Assembly (NCBI GenBank): GCA_020137815.1
Contig: CM035350.1
Coordinates: 5,828,001-5,892,000 of the forward strand
Reading direction: 5' to 3'
Origin: Hormiphora californensis
Lineage: Eukaryota > Animalia > Ctenophora
Length of the DNA stretch: 64,000 nucleotides
Shown: positions 12,648-26,900 of the stretch, piece after piece
Numbering within the stretch: position 1 is the first letter of the stretch
Layout: each line of letters starts with the position of its first letter
The notes under the pieces: generated by a model
Databases searched by the model: none
What the model was told of the DNA's origin: nothing
Seen by the model: only the letters and a program-made list of their open reading frames with translations
Position numbers and translations under genes: made by a program

Positions 12648-14657
12648 CAATCAGGGAAGGGAATCTGACCAGTCTTTGTATCAAAATACAAACAAAGGGA
12701 ACGGATTTACAAAGAAAAACAGTGTGTGGGAGATAGGGGATGGTAAGGCTGCAGTAAATCGGTGTAAAACACAAATGAGAGTGTTCAGTACAGGATGGTA
12801 GACTTGAATAAACGGCTTGATGACAGGTATCTGTCGAGGTCCGTCTCTCTCTCTCCTTTCAAAAGTAAGTCCACTTGTGTATTACAACAAACATCAGGCA
12901 CACACAAGCAGGCGAAGGGAGAGAGGGAATTATCACCGCCCCAGCCGGGAGTGAGCTTGGAGGGGAGAGGTGTAAATTCGGTGTAGAGAGAGGGGGGATA
13001 GAGAGGGGGATGGCAACGGATAGGCACTTTCAAATAGCGTTGAAAAGTTTTCAGAAAGCCACGCCTCAAAATGACGAAATGAACAGCATATAATAAATGT
13101 TGGAGTTTTATGATCACATTATTTACGTTAGCGTTTGGTTTTTATAGGCGGTATATCCAGGTTAGGTAAGCGGAAACCTGTGTTGACAGGGCGACTGTAC
13201 CATCAAAGTTCCAGTTATTTTGACCAAATTTCAGAGTTTTATATCGGGCCTATCCCATGTGCTGCGCGGGAGGTTAGAAGTGATATGGGACGCGCGCGGG
13301 AATTGCTGAACTGACACTTTCATACTGAGACAACAACTCGCGCGTTACATCAAGCACACACGAACTGTTCTAAACTCTCCAGGGAGAAGGCTGCCCGGAC
13401 TGCCCTTCCGATTTCTCTTCCGGCATTATGGAGGGGCAACCAGCAGTAATAATAATAACAGACAGTCATTATACAACAATATATGAACCTGGAGAGGGGA
13501 AATACCTGGGGTTTACCTTAGCGTGTAAATGCGTGGAGGAGATACGATCAGTAATGGCGTCTAAATTTAAACGCTAAAAGTAATTTCATCTCCAAAAGTT
13601 AAAGTTATGATTATTATTATAGCAAGCCTTACATAAAACATCTAGGTGTAACATAAAGGTGCCGAATCCTAACTTATCCATCTCTCTCTCACTCTCCCAG
13701 AGTAGTGACGCTCTCACCCATCATCCCTCTCTATGTAGCATATTAACACATATTTCACGGGGGGAAGGAGTATAAGAGGGAGAGAGAGGGAGAGAGAGAT
13801 ATGGAACTATTACTAACTGAAGGCCACCACCTTATATTACATTTTTTAGATTATATCACTCCGTCACCATGTCTCCACTTGTCCCTCATCCCTGTCTCTC
13901 TTTACTCTCGTTCTATATCTCGCCCTGGACTGATAGACAATGGCCGAGTGTATCGTGGGTGCCCTTTTGTTCCCTCCGATACAATTGTAACAGCATGGAA
14001 GTAACAGTGAAATGGAATAGAAATGAGAAAGAATGATAAAAAGGGGGAGAGCAGTAGAGATGCAGAGAGAGGGGAGAGAGAAAGGATAGAGTAAACAGGA
14101 AAGATATATTTGTTTGTATGAGGATCTGATGCTAAAAGCATTATGGCGAATAGATTGAGCTTAAGAGTGTGGGGAGTGTGGGACAGAGAATCAATATTAT
14201 AAGGGAGATAGGGGAAGAGCAAGAGAGACCGAGCGAGTGAATGAGAGAGCGAGATAGAAATATTAGTAGTTGGCATAAAGAGATATGATATTAGCATGCA
14301 TGCAAACATATACAGAGGGGGGATATCACATTAGATTAAACCACTGATCGGAACACCTCAAAAGAGCCATTAAGAGAGAGATTGAGAGAGAAAGAGAGAC
14401 AGAGTGAGAGAGAGAGAGACAGAGTGATCGTGACACAGGTGTTTAAGTGTTTTACACAAGACGGGGGGAGTACATTTTCATACACACACACATTCAGGTA
14501 CACCCCCTCCCCCCTCATTACCAACTCAACGTATCATCTCATCATTCTGGGACTTAGTGGCTCTCTCTCTTTCGTATAAATTATCTCTCTACGTCGAACA
14601 CTACTTCATCTTAGTAGCTTAGCTAATTTACTATCTCTCTATCTCTCTATTTCTCTC

Positions 14658-14694
<37 letters not shown>

Positions 14695-16222
14695 TTCCGT
14701 CTAACACTCCTCCCCAACTGGATTACAGTCAGGGTTATTTCCGCTCTCGCGCATCTACTCCACCCACCACTCTTTTTACACACCCACTATAACACTATCT
14801 CTCTTTCTGTCTCCCTTTCTCTCTTTGTCTCCCTTTCTCTATCTCTCCCACCCACATACACTCTTCTACACACCCAGCGGGTGAAATTGGGTGCTATGTT
14901 TGTTCGAGAATTATTTCCGGTCACCCCACACATCTCCCTATAACTCCTCCCTCATTTCTATCTCCCAAATCATCATATATCTGTCTTTTGAGTACAATTA
15001 ATAGTGAATTCTTTCTAGAAATCCAAACCTAGCACAAACCTCTCTTGAAACCGCCGTGTAGCGCTACCCGCCACAAATTACCGCTTTAGCCCCCTCCCCC
15101 GGAAATCACACTCACTGATTCTCTCCCTCATTCTACCTCTCTCATTCTCTCATTCTCTCGCTCATTCTACCTCTCTGATTCTCTCATTCTCTCACTGATT
15201 CTCTCGCTCACTCGCTCCATGATTCTCTCCTAGCCTTTCTCTCTCTCTCTCTCTCTCTCTCTCAACCTACATGTACTGCACTATTCGTCGCACAAACAAA
15301 CATACATGACATCAACAACACGCTTTAGCCTCCACAACATGCATTTGTGCGTGTAAAGTGATATGGGGGGAGCTGCGTCTGCTGTATACATCACTCCTCC
15401 TGGAACAATAGCTTGTTTGAAAAAGAAGGGGGAACTCATTGGAACTATCTAGCACTGATTTGTTATTTCAAGCAATAGGTTGAGTCGCCTCCGACGTACA
15501 TGCTTTTAAAAAGTATGAATACTTCAAGCAATAGGGCCTTTTCTTCCTTTTCATCATTTAATAAGTCTTTCTCTCGCTCCTCTGGAAGACACATTATATA
15601 CTTGCAATTGAATAACAGTATCCCATGATTTTTAATAAGGTAACGGACAGACGCACATTATGCTGTGTGATATTACTAACATAATATGTGTGAGGTGGAG
15701 CAATAATATGCATAACCTGAACCTTTCATGGTACACCTCTCTTCTTAGAACAATCTCCAATAATCCTACTCTTATCTCCCCCCTCTTTCTATCTCTCACA
15801 CTCTATCTCTATATCTCTCCCCCTCTCTCTGTCCCATGACTGTCTCTGTCTCGCGGGCCGATCAAGCGGTCTAGTAGCTTGTGAAAACGCAATCAAGATG
15901 AGAGATCGAGGCCAGAGAGAAAGGGACAGTGAACATAAGATGTAGAACAATAGAACGATACGGAAAGGGACTAGAAAGGGATAAACCCATGGAGACCTTC
16001 CCAATTATTTCAAATTGAATAATGAATATAATATTTTTTTATATAATTTTCATAATACAGCCCACATAACTATGCTGCCTCTTTGTGGCATACTAACTCT
16101 TGCAGCGTTGAATATCTCTTTTTTCCCAATTACAAAAACATTCCATAACGCTAGGACTTTCTGCCTCTCTGATCTCTCACTCTCTTACCTTTTCTCTCTC
16201 TTTCTCTCACACCCTCTATCTA

Positions 16223-16258
<36 letters not shown>

Positions 16259-17461
16259 TCTCTTACTCTCTCACTCTGTCTCTCTCTCTCTCTCACTCTG
16301 TCTCTCTCTCCCTCTCTGTCAGCAAGGCTCGCTTTGTAACATGAGGCTGTACATTTCATGTGGTGCATAAACTCGAGCAAAGGTTTATTTGCGAAATATA
16401 GGACTATGTAGAATTTCGGAGAGAGAGACGAGAGAGAGAAAAAAGAAACGAGAGAAGGGGAGAGAGAGGGGAGAGAGAGAGAGAGGAGAGAAGAAAAGAG
16501 GGGGTTTTGGGGGAAAAAAAAATTTTTTTTGGGGGGGGGGGGAAAAAAAAAAAAAAAACCGGGTTTTGGGGGGGGGGGAAAAAAAAAAAAATTTTTTGGG
16601 GGGGGGGGGCCCCCCCCAATCTTCCTTCTTCTTGCTCCCCCCAAACCCCCCAACCCCCCCCCACAACGCACTGTCAATCAAAGAAGAACCTCTCATGGAG
16701 GGGTCGCCGCTGTGCCCTAGGGTCCTTAGTCCTTCAACATATAATCACTCTAGAGTACTGCAAAATAAGAAAGCGATAGCTAGGAGCAAGTACATGAAAT
16801 ATTGGTGCGATTGTGTGAGGTTTTACAAGAAAAAGCCTACGTAAAGATTCAGGGGGGGCGACACGCTGCAGATATATTCACGTTATAAAACACGACCCAT
16901 CCCGTGTTGCATTCACCCCTCCCTCCTAGAACCCTGGTGGTGTGCCTCCTAGAACTCCCTCCTCCTCTGCCTCCTGCCTGGGGTGTTTAGATTGCATAAA
17001 ATGCTTTGATATGCTGCTCTAGCTACACATGATGAGAGAGTCACAACACAAACTTAATGCTAGCCCAGCAAGGGGGATCCAGACTCCAGAGTTTGTTTGT
17101 ATGTCAAACACCCCGCAGAGGGGGGTCCAGAGTAACGTTGCACGTAACATGATGTGTATAGGATATTCAGTATGGAACTGCTGCATATTATGTGTGTGGA
17201 ACACTACCAGGAACAATTGGGTGCTATAATGACGTCACGAGCTGCTGGTGAAATCACCAACAAGTCGCGACACTAATAAAACACTCAACATATATTGCAG
17301 GGCGGGGTTTTATATCGGCGACTAACTATCATGTGGAACACTATAGAAACCCTGGACTGATGACAGCCCTGGCCAACTCATATATAATTTACAATTAGTA
17401 TCAACTATAAGTAACCTAATTGTACAAAAGTCGTGTAACCTAATTGTATCAAAGAACCTAC

Positions 17462-17516
17462 ATTGGAGGGAGGAGCGTTTTCTATCAATCTCAGAGTCTT
17501 CTTTAACAGTCAACAT
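17462..17516 (-). CDS. Candidate short alternative first exon (MLTVKEDSEIDRKRSSLQ)
   Basis: ATG-initiated frame ending in phase-1 donor T|GTAGGT, with an upstream ttctccag acceptor-like site; could be chance. Confidence 0.3.
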
Positions 17517-17928
17517 GTTGGGTCCAGTAATACAACACACTGGAGAACCCACTGGACACAACGTAGGATAGAATGATTAGGATACAATGGCGAGAGGAAC
17601 TTTCTCTGTCTCCTCCTCTTTGCTCTCTCTCCCCTCTTCTCTCTTCCCCCTTTTTCCTCTTTATTTCCCCCCCAAAGTCTCCTGAGTATTTTTTGGAAGA
17701 ATCCTATTGATCAAGTTGAGTATCTGTGATGCAATGAGGGATTTATCAGTTAACGTATAGAGTAGTCAGCAGTAGTCCAGTTCTAGTCAGTAGCCAGCAG
17801 TATGTTTAACATGATATTATGTGGGATGATCAAATCGGTTTGCGATGTTGTGCGGTTAACTCCACCAGGAACTAGCTGCATGTCTCTCCTTCTTCTCCTA
17901 TTCTCTCTGTCTCTATCTCTCTCTCTCC

Positions 17929-17975
<47 letters not shown>

Positions 17976-17990
17976 TCTCGCTCTCTCTCT

Positions 17991-18040
<50 letters not shown>

Positions 18041-18044
18041 CTCT

Positions 18045-18091
<47 letters not shown>

Positions 18092-19369
18092 CCTCTCTCT
18101 CTCTTTTTTCCCTCTATCTCTCTATCTCTATCTCTCTCTCCAATTCAATTATGTATAAGTGTTTGGTGAATGATATTACTGTGTAAGACCGCCAAAGACA
18201 GTATCAACTTGTGTCTCAACTTGAGTCTCCTCCCCCGCTCAATACCAGATACTACCTAGATAACACGACATGCGCTATAACAACAATGTCTTTGTAACAT
18301 GAATATGTCGTGATTACTATTTGTCACCCTCGGGAATCTACAATTTTGTTATTATTAGACGTCAAGGATGACAGATGAAAGAACGAGGAGAAGAAAATAT
18401 AGGTGGGGGATTTACAGTAGTAGAAGAGTAGAAATAGAAAGAGAGACTGTATAATAAGGGAGGAGTAGAGTACAGAAATAGGCCCCGGGGGAGAGAGAAT
18501 GTAGGACATGCCACCCTTTTTTAAATCAAATCAAGGTACATTCCATCACCATCATGTATGATGTGACTACTAGCTATTTCTAACAAAACAATATTTCGTT
18601 ACGAAATTACCACTGCATTCTTGGTCTTGCACTCTTTCAATCACCCTTTACTTTAACAACTAATTTAATGGAAAGTGCACTTGTTGTGTGTGGAGAGAGA
18701 ATACACACTCAAACCTTTTTAAACACATTTTCATAGACCTCAATTTCCTCCCTGCTCTTGTGGGGCGGCAGACACTGAGTGTGAAAGAAGGAGCTGCTTC
18801 TCTCCACACACGACATGTCAATTAAAGAGTAACACGATACACTGTACCCCCCTGTCACCCCAGTCCACACAAAAGAACATGTCTTCTCCCCTCACTGACT
18901 GAGAGAGAGAGAGGCTCTGTTATCTACACTACATTCTGATCAACCTGTCGCGAAAACTAATTTTTCCTTATCTCTCTCTCACTGAAGTATCACCCTTGTT
19001 CCATGGGCAGAATTCGGCAAAATTTAGGCCGAATTACGCCTTTTAGGCTGAATTCTGAGGCCGAATTACGCCGCAGAATTACGCTTTGTGCATAGGCCGA
19101 ATTACGCCTGAAAGGCGTAATTCGGCCTTTTTGGTAGCCCCTCGGGAGGGTGTTATTCACACATCTAATTGATCAATGAAATATCTCAGTAGATCTATCT
19201 CATAAACCCGATACCGACACACACAGACGTACAAACACACTCGACATGATGAAAATTATTGTCAATAAATTTGATATGAAATTTCATGAACTCTAAAATA
19301 TGAAATTGGGGAGAGAGAAATGAGCACAAGGAAGTCTGCCAGGAATTTTGGGACCTGTATTTGGGGGAA

Positions 19370-19820
19370 TTCTAGGACCTGTATTTGGGGGAATTCTAGG
19401 ACCTGTAATCTGTATTTGGGGGAATTCTAGGACCTGTATTTGGGGGAATTCTTGGACCTGTATTTGGGGAAATTCTAGGACCTGTAATCTGTATTTAGGG
19501 GAATTCTAGGACCTATATTTGGGGGAGTTCTAGAACCTGTATTTGGTGGAATTATAGGACATGTATTTGGGGGAATTATAAGACCTGTATTTGGGGGAAT
19601 TCTAGGACCTGTAATCTGTATTTGGGGGAATTCCAGTACCTATATTTGGGGGAGTTCTAGAACATGTATTTGGGGGAATTCTAGGACATGTATTTGGAGG
19701 AATTCTAGGACCTGTATTTGGGGGAGTTCTAGGACCTGTATTTGGGGGAATTCTAGGACCTGTATTTGGGGGAATTCTAGGACCTGTATTTAGGGGGATT
19801 TCTAGGACCTGTATTTGGGC
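19370..19820. repeat. ~24-bp minisatellite (GGACCTGTATTTGGGGGAATTCTA)n
   Basis: Head-to-tail tandem copies with occasional TAATCTG insertions. Confidence 0.93.
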
Positions 19821-19910
19821 CTGGGGAGATAGAATTTAAAGGAAGCAAATCTACCAGTCTTGCAGTTGGGGGAGAGATATGAACACAAGCTAGTTTGCCA
19901 GGAACTCTAG

Positions 19911-20196
19911 TGATTGGAGTGGGGGCCACTGGGTGACCTCCAAACTGGTCTCGCGTGTGTTAGGGTGGGTTCAGGCATTCAGGAAAACGACGTTCAGGTG
20001 TTCAAATCAAATGCTAATAAAACAAACGTTTCGACACAACGTGTCCTCATCAGTGTTAAGCTAACGTCTGTTAATAGGTTGGACTATTTAACCCACCCTA
20101 ACACACGCGAGACCAGTTTGGAGGTCACCCAGTGGCCCCCACTCCAATCATCATGATGCCGCGGACGGTGAAACCAGCCCCTCAAGGTTGGCACAG
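19911..20196 (-). mobile_element. Probable Penelope-like retroelement remnant with ~60-bp inverted repeats
   Basis: Inverted repeats 19911-~19971 / ~20090-20150; flanking direct repeat CAGGAACTCTAGTG (~19899 and ~20197); internal hammerhead motif. Confidence 0.55.
20021..20057 (-). ncRNA. Minimal type I hammerhead ribozyme motif
   Basis: Minus strand reads AACA CUGAUGA G GACAC GUU GUGUC GAAAC GUU UGUU: conserved core, 5-bp stem II, palindromic AACGUU stem III, AACA/UGUU stem I. Confidence 0.7.
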
Positions 20197-20954
20197 CAGG
20201 AACTCTAGTGTCTAGGTCTTGCAGGGGGATGAAAGCAAGCTAGTTTACCAGGTCTTGTAGTTGGGGGAGGGGATGAACACATGTTAGCCTGACAAGAAAT
20301 TTAGATCTTGCAGTTGGGGAGAGATAAGTTATGTCATTACAGTTATACTGAAGAGAAGCAATCCCTGCTTAGCACTGTAAAACTGGTACAGGAGATTGTC
20401 ACTGGAGAGGACTGGGTTGGAAGAGGGCTTGGTCAATTATACATTTTTGATTTCTAACTCTTTATCTCAGAGTTGGAAAAGGGCTTGGCTGGCATATGGT
20501 TTTCGTACAAGGTATTGTTAGAACAATACCCTTCACTGAGTAGGTGGTCATACAAGATTGCTATCGCCTATCACATACACACAACCTTATCACGCTTAAT
20601 TAGGGCGTGAAAAAACATCTCACACAGACAAACAAATTCGAGAGTTTGTACGTCTGTGTGTCGGTATTTTTCTTCCCGTGGAACCGCGGTGCTCACTTTC
20701 AAAGGGCAAACTCTTTTGCAGAATTCTGCCCATGGAACTAGGGGGTAACGGAAGCTAGGAAAATGTTTTTTGCTGCCTGGTACAATACATGTAGAAACCC
20801 CAACACAGACAATTTGATATCAGTGAATAAAACCAGACATCAATTACAAGTTAAAATGATGTGGCGGGGGATGTGAAAAATACACTGAAAATCGTGCTGG
20901 AACGGGTTATCAAAAGGCTCCCTGGGACACACAAATCATGATGCTGTAACTCAC

Positions 20955-23900
20955 CATCCTCCCCGTGGTCTACAAAGTCCCTCAAATCAACAGCTATCTC
21001 TACCAGCTCCCTCGGTGTTGAGGGTTGATCTTCCTCCGGCAGACAGCTTCCCTCCTCCACCAGGTTGATGCGGAGAGTAGCCGGTACAGGACTCTCCTCA
21101 GATGTCTTTAAGAGGGCGTTATGTTCCCGATGTGGAATGAGCTTATTAGCAAACAGTTGCCTCACCAGATCCTTCTTCACAGACCGGGGTAGATCCAACC
21201 GGACAATACCCTGTCTGATCTTATCAAACAGACTAGGACTCATCACAACAGTATCACGTGTCATCATGGTGTACCCATCATCATCTCCCCTTAGGGGAAC
21301 TGGAGTGACCCTCTTGTCAATATCCCCGATGTTAACACCCGGCATGTCCACCAGTTCAGGGGGAGAGATGGATCCTGCCTCCACCAACTCGTATCCCTCA
21401 TCATCGTCACCCAGTGGCACTGCTTTCACCTGTCTGGTGATGTGCTTGATGTTGATGGTCAGGTCAATGGGTGTCCCATCTGCCTTCTTAGCGGTGATAT
21501 TCAGCTCATCCCCCTCCAGTGTTTCCATCTTGTTGATCTCATCCTCCAGGATCTTCATAGTCTCCTCATCGACATTGCTCTCCCGGAGTGAGTCTATGAT
21601 CTGCTCCTTCATCTCGTCAGTAAGGGGCTCTTCAACCAGTTCGTATCCTTCTTCAGGCTCCATGGGGACGGACACAATGTTCTTGGTTATGTTCTTGATG
21701 TTGATGGTAAGATCTACCGGTGTTCCGTCCTTCTTAGAGGCAGTCAGCTTCACCTGATTCCCATCTACATTCTCGAGCTTGTCCACCTCCTCAAGTAGAA
21801 GTTCTATTGTCTCAGGGTCCAGTTTTGAGTTCTTTAGCGTCATTGTGATCTGGTCCTTCACCACATTCACTGAAGGTGCTTTGGATGTTTGAGGAGCCTG
21901 AGCGGGCTCTACCAGCTCAAACCCATCCTCAATGTCACCCAAGGAAACAGGGTTAATGTTTTTGGTGATATCATGGGTCTCTATATTCAGCTCAATGCTC
22001 TGGGAGGGTTTCTTTACATCAGGGACGGTTAGGAGCCGATCAAGACCCGCTGGAGCAGCTGATGGACTTTTGAGGGGAGATTTGAAGACAGGTGACAGAG
22101 GGATAACTTTAACGGGAGGAACTTCATCAAACACCATTTCGTATCCAGTATCCTCTTCTAACGGGACAGATTTGATATTTTTGGTGATGTTTTTGATGTT
22201 GATGGTCAGATTGATTGGAGTTCCATCCTTCTTCTTGGCATGTAGAGACATGGAATCACCCTGGACCTTGTCCAACTTATCGATCTCATCTTCCAACAAC
22301 GACACTGTCTCCTTGTCCAGGTTGCAACCCTTCAGGGACTCCTTCAGCTGCTCTTTCATCTCCTCAGTCACCGGCTCACACACCAGCTCGTAGCCGGAAT
22401 CTGTTTCCATGGGAACCGGGACAATGTTTTTACCAATCACATCTATTGGTAGGTCGGCAGGTGTTGCTTCAGTGGTCGGCTTCTCAGAAGATTTCAACTC
22501 AGGGACACCTTCATCTGCAGAGGGCTGTACAGGAGCTGATTCTGTAGTTGGCTTTTCGGCAATCTCTAGAACTGGAACCTCAAGATCTTCTGTAGCAACC
22601 GGAATGAGATCAATCGACTCAGGTTTAGGTTGTCCAGGAGTCTTAGTTGTGATTGTTTCTGTAACATTTTTGGTGATGTTTTTGATGTTGATGGTCAGGT
22701 TGATTGGAGTTCCATCCTTCTTCTTGGCATGTAGAGACATGGAATCACCCTGGACCTTGTCCAACTTATCGATCTCATCTTCCAACAACGACACCTGTCT
22801 CTTTGTCCAGGTTGCAACCCTTCAGGGACTCCTTCAGCTGCTCTTTCATCTCCTCAGTCACCGGCTCACACACCAGCTCGTAGCCGGAATCTGCTTCCAT
22901 GGGAACCGGGACAATGGTTTTACCAATCACATCCATTGGTAGGTCGGCAGGTGCTGCTTCAGTGGTCGGCTTCTCAGAAGATTTCAACTCAGGAACGCCT
23001 TCATCTGCAGAGGGTTGTACAGGAGCTGATTCTGTGGTTGGCTTTTCAGCAATCTCTAGAACTGGAACCTCAAGATCTTCTGTAGCAACCGGAATGACAT
23101 CAATCGACTCTGGTTTAGGTTGTCCAGGAGTCTTAGTTGTGATTGTCTCTGCAACATTTTTGGTGATGTTTTTGATGTTGATGGTCAGGTTGATTGGAGT
23201 TCCATCCTTCTTCTTGGCACGTAGAGACATGGAATCACCCTGGACCTTGTCCAACTTATCGATCTCATCTTCCAACAACGACACTGTCTCCTTGTCCAGG
23301 TTGCAACCCTTCAGGGACTCCTTCAGCTGCTCTTTCATCTCCTCAGTCACCGGCTCACACACCAGCTCGTAGCCGGAATCTGTTTCCATGGGAACCGGGA
23401 CAATGTTTTTACCAATCACATCCATTGGTAGGTCGGCAGGTGCTGCTTCAGTGGTCGGCTTCTCAGAAGATTTCAACTCAGGAACGCCTTCATCTGCAGA
23501 GGGCTGTACAGGAGCTGATTCTGTAGTTGGCTTTTCAGCAATCTCTAGAACTGGAACCTCAAGATCTTGCGTAACAACCGGAATGAGATCAATCGACTCT
23601 GGTTTAGGTTGTCCAGGAGTCTTAGTTGTGATTGTTTCTGTAACATTTTTGGTGATGTTTTTGATGTTGATGGTCAGATTGATTGGAGTTCCATCCTTCT
23701 TCTTGGCATGTAGACACATGGAATCACCCTGGACCTTGTCCAACTTATCGATCTCATCTTCCAACAACGACACTGTCTCTTTGTCCAGGTTACAACCCTT
23801 CAGGGACTCCTTCAGCTGCTCTTTCATCTCCTCAGTCACCGGCTCACACACCAGCTCGTAGCCGGAATCTGTTTCCATGGGAACCGGGACAATGTTTTTA

Positions 23901-26900
23901 CCAATCACATCCATTGGCAGGTCGGCAGGTGCTGCTTCAGTGGTCGGCTTCTCAGAAGATTTCAACTCAGGAACGCCTTCATCTGCTGAGGGCTGTACAG
24001 GAGCTGATTCTGTAGTTGGCTTTTCAGCAATCTCTAGAACTGGAACCTCAAGATCTTGCGTAACAACCGGAATGAGATCAATCGACTCTGGTTTAGGTTG
24101 TCCAGGAGTCTTAGTTGTGATTGTTTCTGTAACATTTTTGGTGATGTTTTTGATGTTGATGGTCAGGTTGATTGGAGTTCCATCCTTCTTCTTGGCATGT
24201 AGAGACATGGAATCACCCTGGACCTTGTCTAACTTATCGATCTCATCTTCCAACAACGACACTGCCTCTTTGTCCAGGTTGCAACCCTTCAGGGACTCCT
24301 TCAGCTGCTCTTTCATCTCCTCAGTCACCGGCTCACACACCAGCTCGTAGCCAGAATCTGTTTCCATGGGAACCGGGACAATGTTTTTACCAATCACATC
24401 CATTGGTAGGTCGGCAGGTGCTGCTTCAGTGGTCGGCTTCTCAGAAGATTTCAACTCAGGAACGCCTTCATCTGTAGAGGGATGTACAGGAGCTGATTCT
24501 GTGGTTGGCTTTTCAGCAATCTCTAGAACTGGAACCTCAAGATCTTGCTGTAGCAACCGGAATGAGATCAATAGGAACAGGCTCAGAAGGAGTGGACTGA
24601 AATAATGGATCCTGTGGACCCTCCCGCTGCTCTATATTGACATTCCTCAGAATATTCTGGATGTTTATTGTGAGGTTAACTGGGCTGCCGTCTGGTTTCA
24701 TCGCCGAGAGGGTAAGTTGATCTCCCTCGATACTGTCAACTTTGTCCAACTCCAGCTTCAGTAGATCCCTCGTCTCGTTATCTAGCCCTGAGTTTTCAAG
24801 AGAGTGCAGTATCTTTTCCTTGATGGCAGAAACCGGTGGGGCCGGTCCTGTTGTAGCAGGTGAAGTTGGGGCCAGGAGGACCGCCATATTTCCGACTTCT
24901 TCCACAGGAGAAGATTCCTTCTCTGGATTTTCCTCTTCGTGGGTTTCACGGTGGTAGAAAATGTGCTTGAGGTTGATTGTGAGTTCAATCGGAGTGCCGT
25001 CAGCCTTCTTAGATGTCAGTGTAACATGACCCATCATCAATGTTAGACAGATTGTCTATTTCTTTCGTTAAGAAGAGCTATTGTTTCACTGTCAAGGTCA
25101 CTTCCCTCCAGCGAGTTCAACAGCTGTGATCTGATGTCTTCACTTACTGGAACTGACTTGGGCGGCTCCTTCTCTCCTTCAGGAGTAGATCTGGAAATTC
25201 GAATGTCCTCCAGATGAGCAACAGTTGTAGAAGACTCTTCCTTAGTAACAGGTACATTTTCAGTCACAACAGGGGGCTCTTCCTTAGCAACAGGTGCATC
25301 TTCAGTCACAACAGGGGCCTCTTCCTTAGCAACTGGTGCATCCTCTGTCACAACAGGAGACTCTTCCTTAGCAACAGGTTCATCTTCAGTCACAACAGGA
25401 GGCTCTTCCTTAGCAACAGGTGCATCTTCAGTCACAACAGGAGGCTCTTCCTTAGCAACAGGTGCAACTTCAGTCACAATAGGGGCCTCTTCCTTAGCAA
25501 CAGGTACATCTTCAGTCACAACAGGAGGCTTTTCCTTAGCAACAGGTGCATCTTCAGTCACAACAGGGGCCTCTTCCTTAGCAACAGGTGCATCTTCAGT
25601 CGCAACAGGAGGCTCTTCCTTAGCAACAGGTGCATCTTCAGTCACAACAGGAGGTTCTTCCTTAGCAACAGGTACATCTTCAGTCACAACAGGAGATTCT
25701 TTCTTAGCAACAGGTGCATCTTCAGTCACAACAGGAGGCTCTTCGTTAGCAACAGGTGCATCTTCAGTCACAACAGGGGGCTCTTCCTTAGCAACAGGTA
25801 CATCTTCAGTCACAACAGGAGACTCTTCCTTAGCAACAGGTGCATCTTCAGTCACAACAGGAGACTCTTCCTTAGCAACAGGTGCATCTTCAGTCACAAC
25901 AGGGGGCTCTTCCTTAGCAACAGGTACATCTTCAGTCACAACAGGGGGCTCTTCCTTAGCAACAGGTATATCTTCAGTCACAACAGGAGGCTCTTCCTTA
26001 GCAACAGGTGCATCTTCAGTCACAACAGCAGGCTTTTCCTTAGCAACAGGTACATCTTCAGTCACAACAGGAGACTCTTCCTTAGCAACAGGTGCATCTT
26101 CAGTCACAACAGGAGACTCTTCCTTAGCAACAGGTACATCCTCTGTAACAGCTACCTTTTCAGGTTCTTTAGAAACTGGTTTGGAATCTGGGGCTTTGGC
26201 AGCCTCAGGGGCTTCAGTCGCCTGGAGACAAGGAACTCCTTCTTCAGTCGGTTGATCAAACACAATAGGAATATCTGAAATGAGCTGCTGAGATTTAGGC
26301 TCGGGTTCAGGTTCAGGCTCAGATTTCTTTTCCACATTCACGGTCACGTTTTCAACAATGTTCTCAATGTTGATAGTCAGGTTGACAGGTGACCCGTCTG
26401 ACTTGGTGGCTGACAAAGTGATCTGATTGTCTGTCACAGTTGTCTCCTTCCTCACCTCCTTCATCAGAAGAACCTTGGCTTCCTTGTCCAGAGGTGAGGA
26501 TTTAATGATGGCGATAATTTGCTCCTTCATCTCGGGTGTCAAGGGAACGGGAGAACTCAACGGAGTGGGCTCTGGAGTCTCTTCAGGAGTCTTCGACTCG
26601 GATGTCTTTGTTTTTCTACTCGGCCTCTCCGGTTTCTTTGGAGGTTCTTCAGCGTCCTTGTTTTCTGCTTGAGATTCGGGAGCATTAGTCTTTTTACGAC
26701 TAGGCCTCTCGGGTTTAGGCTCCGATTCAATGAGAGGCTTATCTTTAGGAACCTCGGAATCAATCTTATCAACAGTGGTCGATTCTTTGGTATCCGGTTC
26801 AGATTGTATTTCAGCAGTATCAGGACTCACCAGTTCTTTAGATTCTGGTTTAGTATCTGGGGCTTCAGCGGCCACGGGAGCTTCTGAAGCTTCTAAACAA

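Larger units (their letters stand above)
18991..20745. mobile_element. Composite non-autonomous TIR element containing a minisatellite and a nested insertion
   Basis: ~30-bp imperfect TIRs (GTTCCATGGGCAGAATTC) at 18991 and 20745, plus a second inverted pair at ~19211/~20640 and GGCCGAATTACGCC subrepeats; no clear TSD. Confidence 0.55.

Noticed and set aside
16495-16665. Several overlapping G/K/P/F-rich ORFs
   Set aside because: A run of homopolymers beside an AG microsatellite; looks like low-quality sequence, not coding.
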